From contig CBDVDH010000034.1 in the NCBI GenBank assembly GCA_965372715.1, positions 1-41,539 of the forward strand: 41,539 bases of DNA, written 5' to 3'. The position numbers and the translations under genes are program-made. The stretch is from an uncultured bacterium (GTDB taxonomy: Bacteria; B130-G9). Numbering within the stretch: the stretch's first letter is position 1; each line of letters opens with the position of its first letter. This document shows positions 27,769-36,600 of the stretch, one piece after another. The notes under the pieces were generated by a model, which made no database searches, was not told the origin of the DNA, and was given only the letters and a program-made list of their open reading frames with translations.

Positions 27769-27797
27769 ATTAGAACCCACATTTTGCCCCGTGTCAA
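27769..27797 (-). promoter_or_regulatory. Putative sigma70 promoter of the dcw operon
   Basis: Minus strand TTGACA (27797-27792), 17 bp, TCTAAT (27774-27769); a second TTGACA-16-TATAAC lies at 27852-27825. Confidence 0.6.
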
Positions 27798-27896
27798 GCC
27801 CAGATCTCCATGTCGATACAAGCTGTTATACGAAGTCTGTTGTATATGTCAAGCTAATCTACGAGTAGAAAGCAAGATATAACATCCATGTTTTCT

Positions 27897-27921
27897 TCCC
27901 ATATTTTCCCAATCAAACCCT
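27897..27921 (-). promoter_or_regulatory. Putative MraZ operator (TGGGN-type direct repeats at 10-bp period)
   Basis: Minus strand AGGGT-ttgat-TGGGA-aaata-TGGGA upstream of mraZ. Confidence 0.55.
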
Positions 27922-28354
27922 CAAATGCAAAACTTAAGCCGATTCAACCAAGAATCCCAGCTAAATCCCAAGCGTGTATCCCGTGAATGCCAGGAAATGA
28001 TCTGTGCGCCTCCCTGAACTACCCACTGGAGCAAAAGAACCAACGGAGGCATTCCCTTGCGAGCCCACAGAGATGTCGGCCGAGATGCTAAGCACAATCT
28101 CGCAAGATATTGTGGCCTCTGCAGGACACCGCAGCATGTTGTGGAAAAAGCGGCACACAACGTCCGGAACTCGCCGGAATCCGAGAGCCTCCTGCCGCGA
28201 TCGACGGATATGCGCGGAGGAGTTTCCGCTCGCCGCTTGTCGAGTCTTCGACAGGGCGGAGGCGGCCGAAGAGGGCAGAACGCAAAAGGGCGAAAAGCCG
28301 CACAGCTTCTAGCGGTCAGCCCCGGCCTTAGACTCCCAGAAGAGCGAGAAGACT

Positions 28355-28401
28355 GGTCAACAGGTCAAGGGGTCAACAGGTCAAGGGGGTCAATAGGTCA
28401 A
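28355..28401. repeat. Octamer tandem repeat GGTCAANN x6
   Basis: GGTCAACA GGTCAAGG GGTCAACA GGTCAAGGG GGTCAATA GGTCAA. Confidence 0.85.
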
Positions 28402-28450
28402 ACGGACGTCTGCTCACGGATGTCTTCAGCCTTTGCCGCCGGGAATATGC

Positions 28451-28517
28451 AACTTGAAACTTGAAACTTGAAACTTGAAACTCGGAACTTGAAACTCGGA
28501 ACTTGAAACTTGAAACT
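28451..28517. repeat. Heptamer tandem repeat AACTTGA/AACTCGG x9
   Basis: Nine consecutive 7-mers plus a partial unit directly upstream of the tRNA-Val promoter. Confidence 0.92.
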
Positions 28518-28530
28518 GCCTCCTTCGACT

Positions 28531-28558
28531 TTGGACTTTTCTTATGGCGTGCTATATT
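28531..28558 (+). promoter_or_regulatory. Putative promoter of tRNA-Val (extended -10)
   Basis: TTGGAC, 16 bp, TATATT preceded by TGC; 17 bp upstream of the tRNA. Confidence 0.45.
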
Positions 28559-28575
28559 TGGAGGAAAGTCTGGTT

Positions 28576-28650
28576 GGGCGATTGGCTCAGGGGTAGAGCA
28601 CCGCCTTCACACGGCGGGGGTCACTGGTTCAAATCCAGTATCGCCCACCA
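28576..28650 (+). tRNA. tRNA-Val (anticodon CAC), CCA encoded
   Basis: GGGCGAT..GCTC AGGGGTA GAGC A CCGCC TT CAC AC GGCGG..ACTGG TTCAAAT CCAGT ATCGCCC ACCA. Confidence 0.96.
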
Positions 28651-28983
28651 AGCCTAACGGGGGCTCTCGCGGCGATCCTCCCTCGAGGAACGGGCAGTCC
28701 TTGCGATAACTGCTGACGAAGATGCCCCACGTTGACCTTTTGGGTGTAGCGCAGGCCCCTTCTGGTAGTGGTTCGGTAGCCGGACTACGTTCGCTCGATT
28801 CTCGTCAACGACTGGCCGAGGGGCGCAAGTGCCCGCTCTCGCTCCTCGAGCAACCAGCCGGCCTCGACAAGGACGACATCAACAGGCCTCAACCGCCCGT
28901 CCTTAACAGGCTCGGACTGCCCAGCCACGAGGGAGTCGGGTCGGAGTTTCTTGGGCTGGGTGTAGAGTGTTGTCAAATCCTCA

Positions 28984-29553
28984 CTAGTTAGTCCCCCGTT
29001 CCCCGTTATCACTTTCAGGAGCCGTCTGAATAGGTGGGCTGTCAGGAAGTATCTGAAGTACATTCGGCGGCGCACCCTCATAAAGAAGGTATCGTTCCCT
29101 CGGGCCTACATAAATCAGCGTAAACTTCTCGAGGACATCGCGGCCCAATAGACATTTCTGAGGCATTTGGTCTGGTGGTAAACCGATGACTATCCAATGA
29201 AACTTGAGCTGGGTGCCCAATACCAGCTCCGCCATAAAGACTGGACAAATTCTCTTGTGAGTTGCGCCCTTGACAAGGGTCTCATCAATCTTTCTCAGAC
29301 CTAAATCCTCAGCAATGCTGTTGCATATACATGTGCCGGTAGCACCTGTGTCAATAAGGGCGAATATGTTCCGCTCCTTGTCACCGATTGGTTGCCCTGC
29401 GTCCCTCTGTGCCTTGGCTTGGTCTGGGTGAAGCCGCACCGTAACTGGCACGAGCATACCATGTAATCTGATGGGACCCTTGCCGTTAAGAAACGGCTTA
29501 TGCCTCCGGCTGGCTTCGGGAGGCATTTCGAGAGTCATCAAGAATAGCGTCAA
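28984..29553 (-). CDS. Retropepsin-like (clan AA) single-domain aspartic protease
   Basis: ALIDTGATGTCI and LLGRDVL motifs; start uncertain (TTG 29553 or ATG 29526). Confidence 0.85.
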   Translation of the reverse strand: MTLFLMTLEMPPEASRRHKPFLNGKGPIRLHGMLVPVTVRLHPDQAKAQRDAGQPIGDKERNIFALIDTGATGTCICNSIAEDLGLRKIDETLVKGATHKRICPVFMAELVLGTQLKFHWIVIGLPPDQMPQKCLLGRDVLEKFTLIYVGPRERYLLYEGAPPNVLQILPDSPPIQTAPESDNGERGTN

Positions 29554-29791
29554 GCATCAGTGCTGTAGTCGTGACCTCATTTGCCCCTCGCCTTATTTGA
29601 GAGACAAGAAAGGGAGAAAGCCCAAATCTTTCAAAAGCGATTCGGATGGCCTCGTCGAAGTCCTCATACATGCCGATCAAGTCATTATCTTTTACCAAGA
29701 CCCATTTGCCTATGTTGCTTTCCTGCTCCAACCATGAAGCAATATGACGATCAAAAAACTGGCGCTCTTGTGCCAAGCTAGTCTCAACCAT
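29498..29791 (-). CDS. Small conserved-looking protein (DUF5678-like)
   Basis: E..FF.....W.....GKWVLVKD..LIG.Y.DFDEA...A..RFG..PFLV pattern; GGAGGTG RBS before ATG 29791; overlaps the protease gene. Confidence 0.7.
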   Translation of the reverse strand: MVETSLAQERQFFDRHIASWLEQESNIGKWVLVKDNDLIGMYEDFDEAIRIAFERFGLSPFLVSQIRRGANEVTTTALMLDAILDDSRNASRSQPEA

Positions 29792-30153
29792 CTGGGTCAC
29801 CTCCCCATACTATTATCCAAAATGCCTTAACACCTCAACATTACGGTTTTTCTGCACAAAGTCAAGGAATCTTAAGTGTGGCTATCTCTAGTATTCCTCG
29901 CCCTCCAGACCCCAATATTTTGTATCGATTCCCTCTATCCTCGGAGCTGGGACCGTCTCCTCCCTGAACTTGCCCCCCAGGACCGCCGCCAACACTTGGT
30001 GGACAGAGCATGGCCGTAACTACGGTTCAGGCGCAGTGTGGTTCTGCACAAAGCCATTTGGGGACAACCTTCCAGAGCGCCCATCTGCCGAAAGTACTCG
30101 CTTCTAGCGCCTTGACCCTTCGACCTCTCAATTGGATCAGCTTTGGGTCAGGC

Positions 30154-33100
30154 CTATCTTATAGTGAAATACGGATATCTGGCGCTGGAGTTTTCGGACT
30201 TGTCGAAGGCTACGACTTCGAGCGTCAGGGCGCCCGGCGGTATACCAGGCGGCATGGAAGTCTGGAACGTATAGATGCCGTCGCCGGCGTGGTCGTCGCC
30301 ATCGGCGCCGTCGTCGTGCAGGAAGAGGCCTGTTGCGACGCCGCCCTCGAGGAAGAGCTCCACGCGATCGATGTCTGAGAGGCCGTCAGGATCGTCCACA
30401 TAGACAACTATGCGAACGGTATCGCCCGTCTGAACCGTGTCTCGGCCAAAGAACCCGCCACCGAGTATCACCGGGGCGCCGGCGGCAGTCGCGGCCGGCT
30501 GCCAGATGTCCGTATTCATCGGGCAGGTTGGCTGAGTGAGGCAGAGCGGCGTCGAGAACGCCCAAAGATACGGCCACGAGACGCTCGTGCTGCCGGCCAT
30601 GTCCGTAGCGACGATCTCCAGCTTATAGATGCCTGGATAGAGCGTGCCCGGCATGTAACGCTCGGAGAAGGTGAATATGCCGTCGCCGGCGAACGCGTCG
30701 CCTGACCTTCCGTTGTCCTTGAGGAACTTGCCGAGCGGCACGCCTCCGTAGCAGAGCTCGACGTCCCGCACGTCGTGCAAGCCGTCGTCGTCGAGCACGA
30801 ACGCCTGAACGCCGAACTCGAAACTGCTCGAGGAATCGACCTCGGCATTGAAAAAGCCCGCCACATAGACGCTCGGCGCGAGCTTGTTGTTGAACATGAC
30901 AACGAACGAATCCTGCGCTGGTATCCCGACGAAGTTCGAGTAGCTTTCAAGGGGAATCCAGGCTTCGCCATCGCTCTCAAACACCGAGACGGCTATCGTC
31001 ACGAATTGCCTGGCGAGAAGGGTATCCTCGTTCGAGAAAACGAGGTAGTATAGCTCATCATCCGGAATTTGGACCTCAAACTCATCGGACCTGTAATCTT
31101 CTCGCCATTCATACGCGGAGAAGGGCTCGCCCTGGCTATACTTCCTGAAGCTGTCGGCGTTCAAGATGAAGAAATCGACGTTGGCCGAGTCCTCCTTTTT
31201 CTCCGCGAACGTCAGCGCACTCACGCTATACAGGGTCTCATAATCAGCTCTGAATGAGACGTGCAGCTTGTATGGGTGCTGCGGAGCTGACGGGAAGTTT
31301 ATCGGCTCAATCTCGGGCAGCTGCGGAACTACTCCCTCCTCGATTGTCCAGGTATGACTGTAATCCATGCCCTCCTGAGTATCCGTCAACAGCTGCTCTT
31401 TGGGCGCATCCCCTGCCCTGCTCTTGACCTCGAACCAGTAGTCGCGGTGGTCGCCCAGGTCCAGGACTACCTCGCCTGACGAATCGGTATAAGCGCACAG
31501 CGGGCTGTGCAGCGGCTCGCTGGGCTGGTTCTTCCAGCGGACCCAGGGCTTTACCATGGCGCAATCAACTGGATTGCCAACAAGGTCCTGAACCTTCGCG
31601 TAGAAGCGACAGGACTTGCTGAATCGGGCCGTCGCATTCACGGGGAAGCTGTCGCCTCGGTCCTGCTCAATCGCAGACAGGTCCCTGGTTCCTCCGTAAT
31701 CCTTGTCGTTAAGCACCTTTTGGTCCGCTATCATGGCGCCGCCGACGTTGAAGCCGACCTGGTAGCCATACCAGTCGCGCTCCCAGAATTCGCACGTCAC
31801 ATGGTCCCACGAATGGTTGCACACGCCCGCTGTGGGCAATAGGCATGTTCTTGCTGCGGCGTGGAGTAGGTACCGTATCTCGCCGCAGTTGCCATCGTGC
31901 TCAAAGCAAATCTGGTTGGGCTGACTTGGCCGACTGCCCCTTGCGCGGAAATTGATCATCCTGGAAGTCCAGTTCGAGATGACATCGACAGCCATCGAAT
32001 TGGGCTCAAACGGCCTTGAACCGGGCAGCGAGGCGTTCTTAACGCTGTCATCCCAGAGGTAACTAGCGTTGCCTATCACCTCCCCAAGGACGGGAAAGCC
32101 GTAGAGCTCAACGTCGTCGAGCTCCTCCGCCACGTAACCGAGCTTGAAGAGCTCAAGGTCCGCCCATGACTGTTCAGGATCGCAAGCTCCGTGAAACTCC
32201 AGTGTGCCTCGGAAATCTACCCACGATTCGAAGTTGTCCATGAACTCGGCGCTGGCAACCGTTTCGTAAAACGCCCGGCTCTGGTGTGAGGGGATGATCA
32301 CCTTGGAGAAGTAGCCCCATTGGCCGGCATCAAGCATCTCTTCAGCGGAAATGACCCAATTCGGTATCCCGTTGTCATCCAAGACCTCCTGTATCGGGGA
32401 CAGAATGCCCCAATCGCCCGAACCATCGACGATTGCCACCTGATCGTAGTAATCCGGATTGATCCCCTCCCTCAAAAGGAGGTCGCCCCACTGGCCGTTT
32501 GAACGCATGGCCAGATTCTCCAGCATGTCCCTCTTGCCCGCGGCATGGCTCCGCTCAACTTCCAGGGTAGTAACGATGACGCGAGCTTGGCCCCAGATGT
32601 ATTCCACAAGTACCGGCTTCTCAATGCCAGGCCCGCCGACAATCACGCCGTCAGGGCACTTCTTTGGCCCGTCCACGAGGTATCCGGCCGCGGTGGGCCC
32701 CCAGCCGTCAACGTCAGACTCGTCTATCCTGTTCGGCTCTCTGGTCATGTAGCTGAGGGTGTAGTCATACTCCTCCGACGGGTTGTAGAAGAGGTACTCG
32801 CGCCAGAGGTAGCCATAGGCGTTAGCATCCTCCCTCGGCTGGGGACTCATCGAGGGGTATTCTTTGCCGAGCTTGGGGTGCACCACAAACCAGTAGTAAA
32901 TGGAAAGTGGAAGCTCGAACTGGCCCATCTCGCCGTCCCTGATCGTCCAGTATCGAACCGTAGAGTAATAATCGGGGTCCACACCCGGCTCGCCGTAATC
33001 CACAATGTCAGCGTAGGGTATCTCTGGATCGATCTGATACAGAAGCTCAGCGTTTCGCACATAAAGGTCCGGGTCCGTTTGGCTCAGGACGCTCTTTGAC

Positions 33101-33495
33101 GAGTGAGCAATCGTGAAAGCCACCTCGTCGATGAGGCGCGGGTCGGATATGGACAGAAGAAGCTGTCCGTAATCCTCCTGATCGTTCTGCGACATCCGCC
33201 TGAACATGTCGTAAAGGTCCATCTTGAGCCAGTCAGGAGTGATCTCGAGCGCCTCCTCAGCCGATGGCGAGATGGCCGCTCTAGATGTGAGGTCTCGCAG
33301 GAGATCGCCCTGCCCGTCAAGCGCAACCAATACGCCATTATGGGACGCTCTCTCCTGGGTCTGATGTTCAATGTCAGGCGCCGCAACCATGCCCGGAAGC
33401 GGCTCTGCTAAAGATGAATACGGCCCCGCTTGGCTGGCGAGCTGCAAGCCCGTTGCCAAGCAAAAAATCGCTGCTGACAACACTATTCTTTTCAT
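30154..33495 (-). CDS. Large secreted transglutaminase-like (PNGase-type motif) protein with two C-terminal choice-of-anchor-X-like domains, paralog A
   Basis: Signal peptide MKRIVLSAAIFCLATGLQLASQA; GNCGE..WDHVTCEFW; LxDxGxxGDxxAGDGI(F/Y)T twice; GAGGAG RBS. Confidence 0.8.
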   Translation of the reverse strand: MKRIVLSAAIFCLATGLQLASQAGPYSSLAEPLPGMVAAPDIEHQTQERASHNGVLVALDGQGDLLRDLTSRAAISPSAEEALEITPDWLKMDLYDMFRRMSQNDQEDYGQLLLSISDPRLIDEVAFTIAHSSKSVLSQTDPDLYVRNAELLYQIDPEIPYADIVDYGEPGVDPDYYSTVRYWTIRDGEMGQFELPLSIYYWFVVHPKLGKEYPSMSPQPREDANAYGYLWREYLFYNPSEEYDYTLSYMTREPNRIDESDVDGWGPTAAGYLVDGPKKCPDGVIVGGPGIEKPVLVEYIWGQARVIVTTLEVERSHAAGKRDMLENLAMRSNGQWGDLLLREGINPDYYDQVAIVDGSGDWGILSPIQEVLDDNGIPNWVISAEEMLDAGQWGYFSKVIIPSHQSRAFYETVASAEFMDNFESWVDFRGTLEFHGACDPEQSWADLELFKLGYVAEELDDVELYGFPVLGEVIGNASYLWDDSVKNASLPGSRPFEPNSMAVDVISNWTSRMINFRARGSRPSQPNQICFEHDGNCGEIRYLLHAAARTCLLPTAGVCNHSWDHVTCEFWERDWYGYQVGFNVGGAMIADQKVLNDKDYGGTRDLSAIEQDRGDSFPVNATARFSKSCRFYAKVQDLVGNPVDCAMVKPWVRWKNQPSEPLHSPLCAYTDSSGEVVLDLGDHRDYWFEVKSRAGDAPKEQLLTDTQEGMDYSHTWTIEEGVVPQLPEIEPINFPSAPQHPYKLHVSFRADYETLYSVSALTFAEKKEDSANVDFFILNADSFRKYSQGEPFSAYEWREDYRSDEFEVQIPDDELYYLVFSNEDTLLARQFVTIAVSVFESDGEAWIPLESYSNFVGIPAQDSFVVMFNNKLAPSVYVAGFFNAEVDSSSSFEFGVQAFVLDDDGLHDVRDVELCYGGVPLGKFLKDNGRSGDAFAGDGIFTFSERYMPGTLYPGIYKLEIVATDMAGSTSVSWPYLWAFSTPLCLTQPTCPMNTDIWQPAATAAGAPVILGGGFFGRDTVQTGDTVRIVVYVDDPDGLSDIDRVELFLEGGVATGLFLHDDGADGDDHAGDGIYTFQTSMPPGIPPGALTLEVVAFDKSENSSARYPYFTIR

Positions 33496-33621
33496 TCTAC
33501 TCTCTCCTCACGATTGCCGGTGTGACCTGCGAGTATCACGCCGGAAAGGCGATGCGCCTGTGTATGGATTATCGATCTTGCCGAGCATTATACACGTTAC
33601 AGGAGCCCGGCGTCAACGGCT

Positions 33622-36600
33622 CTATCTCACAGTGAAGTATGGATACCTGGCGCTTACGTTTCCCGACTTGTCGAAGGCGACGACCTCGAGCGTCAGTGGG
33701 CCCGTCGGGATACCTGGCGGCATGAACGTCTGGAAGGTATAGATTCCGTCGCCGGCGTGGTCATCGCCATCTGCGCCGTCGTCGTGCAGGAAGAGGCCTG
33801 TTGCGACGCCACCCTCGAGGAAGAGCTCGACGCGATCGATGTCTGAGAGGCCGTCCGGGTCGTCCGCATAGACGATTATGCGAAAGATGCCGCCCGGCGG
33901 AATCGCGTCTCGGCCAAAGAAGCCGCCGCCAAGTATCACCGGGGCGTTATCGGCGGTCGCGGCCGGCTGCCAGATGTTCGTGTTCATCGAGCAGGTTGGG
34001 CTCGTGAGGCGCAGCGGAATAGAGAGAACGTTCAGATATGGCCACGAGATGCTCTTGTTGCCGGCCATGTCGGTCGCGACTATCTCCAGCTTATAGACGC
34101 CGGGATAGAGCGTGCCGGGCATGTGGCGCTCCGAGAACGTGAATATCCCGTCGCCAGCGATGGCGTCATCCTTGAGGTACCTGCCAAGCGGCACACCACC
34201 GTAGCAGAGCTCGACCTCGCGCACGTCGTGCGGGCCGCTGGGGTCGAGCACAAACGCCTGAACGCCGAGCTCGAAGCTGCCCGATGAATCGACCTCGGCA
34301 TCGAAAAAGCCCGCTGCATAGACGCTTGGCGCCAACCTGTTGTTGAACATAATGACGTAGGAATCCCCGGCGGGTATCCCGACGAAGTTGGAGTAGCTCT
34401 CGGCCGGGGTCCACGCGCCACCATCGTTTTGATATACTTGCAGATAGATCGACACAAACTCCTTCACGATGAGCGTGTCCTCGTTCGAGAACACCAGGTA
34501 ATAGACCTCCTCATCTGGGAGGCCAACTTCAAACTCATCCCCAGCCGAGTTGTGCCGCCACTCGTAGGCCGAAAACGCCTCGCCATCGCTATACTTGTTG
34601 AAATCGTCCGACTTCAGGATGAAGAAGTCGACGTTTCCTGCGTCATAGTTCTTGTTCCCGAATGACCCCATACTCAGGCTGTATTGCGTCTCGTAATCGA
34701 CGTTGTATGAAACAAACAACCCATAGGGAGACTGCGGAACGGGTGGAAACTCGATTGCCTCGATGTCCGGCAGCTGAGGCATGAAGCCATCGACCACGAA
34801 GGTGTGTTCGTAGTCCTGGCCTGCAACGGTGTCAGTGAGAAGCGGCTCCTGGGGACGGTGGACATCACCGGCTCGGCTCTTCACTCTGAACCAGAAGTCA
34901 CGCTTGTTGCCCAGGTCCATTATTATCTCCCCTGAAGAATCGGTATAGGCTATCAGAGGGCACCTCAGGTCCCTGGTAGGATCGTTGAAATAGTGAACAT
35001 AGGGCCAAATCTCTGCGCAGTCAACGGGATTGCCGTTACCATCCTCAGCCCTGACGTGGAACCGGCATATCTCGCTGTATCTTTCGGTCGCATTGACCGG
35101 CCAAGTATCGCCTCGATCCTGCAATATGGCCGACAAGTCCTTGCCACCGCCGAGGTCCTTGTCCGACAGGACGCCCTGGTTGGCTATCGAGGCGTTGCCA
35201 ACATTCCATCCGACCTGGTACCCGTGCCAGTCCCGATCCCAAAACTCACAGGATACGTGGTCCCAGGTGTGGTTGTTGACCCCAGCCGACGGAACCAAGC
35301 ACGTTCTGGCAGCGGCGTTAATCAGGTCCTGAATCTCGCCGCAGTTGCCATCGTGCTCGAAGCAGATCTGATTCGGCTGGATCGGGCGATTTCCCCTTGC
35401 CTGAAAAGATAGCATCCTGGACGCCCAGTTGGTGATAACGTCAACCGCCATTGAGTCTTCCTCAAATGGGCGGTAGCGGGGGAGGCCAGCCCTTACGTAG
35501 CTGTCGTCCCAGACGTGAGTAGCCTTCTTGATAACTTCTCCGAGCACCGGATATGGGTTGATCGTAACGTTTTCTACTGGCTCAGCCAAATAGCCCCTTC
35601 CAAACGGCTTCAGGTCAGACCAGTCGTGCTCGGGATCGCACGCGCCGTGAACCTCCATAGCGCCGCCTATGCTGCCGACCCAAGACTTGAAGTTGTCCAT
35701 GAAGCCAACGGTTGCCAGCGAGGCGTAGAAGTCGTAGGTCTGATGAGAGGGTACGACCACTTTCGAGAAGTAGTCCCACTGGCCGCGGTCATACATCTCC
35801 TCCATTGACACAATCGAATGGACGATTCTGTTGTCTTCAAGGACCTCGACAATCGGGTCGAGAATCGCTGGATCGTTTGACCCGTCCACGATGCCGACCT
35901 GATCTTGGCCGGTGCCCTGCGGCACTAGGAGCTCACCTCGGTAGCCGCTCGACCGCATCAGCAGATTCTCCAGCACATTGCCCTTGCCGGCGGCAGCTGC
36001 GCGCTCCACTTCCAACGTAGTGAAGATCACACGGCCGTAGCTCCAGGCCCACTCGATAAGCACCGGCTTCTCGATGCCGGGGCCACCGACGATTACGCCC
36101 TCAATGCTGCCAGAGTCAAGATAGCCGGGCGCTGCAAGACCCCAACCCTCGAGGTCCGACGCCGTAAGCCAGTTTGGCTCCCGAACCATGTAGTTGAGGC
36201 TGTAATCAAACTCCTCCGACGGGTTGTAGAACAGATACTCACGCCACAGATACCCGTATGCGCTTGTCCGTTCCGTCAGCGTCGGGCTCATCGATGGGCT
36301 CTCATCCCCCAGCTTTGGATGAACCACGAACCAATAATAGATGTCGAGTGGGAGCTCGTATCGAACAGTCGCGCCGCTGACTATCGAGGTGTAAAGAATC
36401 GTAGAGTAGTAGTCGGGATCGACGCCCGGCTCGCCATAGTCCACGATGTCGGCGTAGCTGATGTCCGGATCAACCCTATACAGAAGCTCCGCGTTCACAA
36501 CCAAGAGGTCCGGATCGCAAGAGCTGAGGATAGACATCGATGAATGCGCGATCGTAAATGCTACCTCGTCGATGAGGCGCGGGTCGGATATCGAAAGCAG

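Noticed and set aside
28560-28572. RNase P RNA (GAGGAAAGTC motif near mraZ)
   Set aside because: The motif runs straight into tRNA-Val and no matching 3' ACAGAA.CCGGCTTA element follows
28722-29081. ORFs 28722-28991 (+) and 28785-29081 (-), including a faint GLDKDDI..LGLP resemblance to PP-loop enzymes
   Set aside because: Mutually antisense, no clear RBS, and the similarity is too short to call a gene or pseudogene without a search
28651-30153. Integrative element with attL/attR at tRNA-Val
   Set aside because: No integrase and no duplicated tRNA 3' end found by eye
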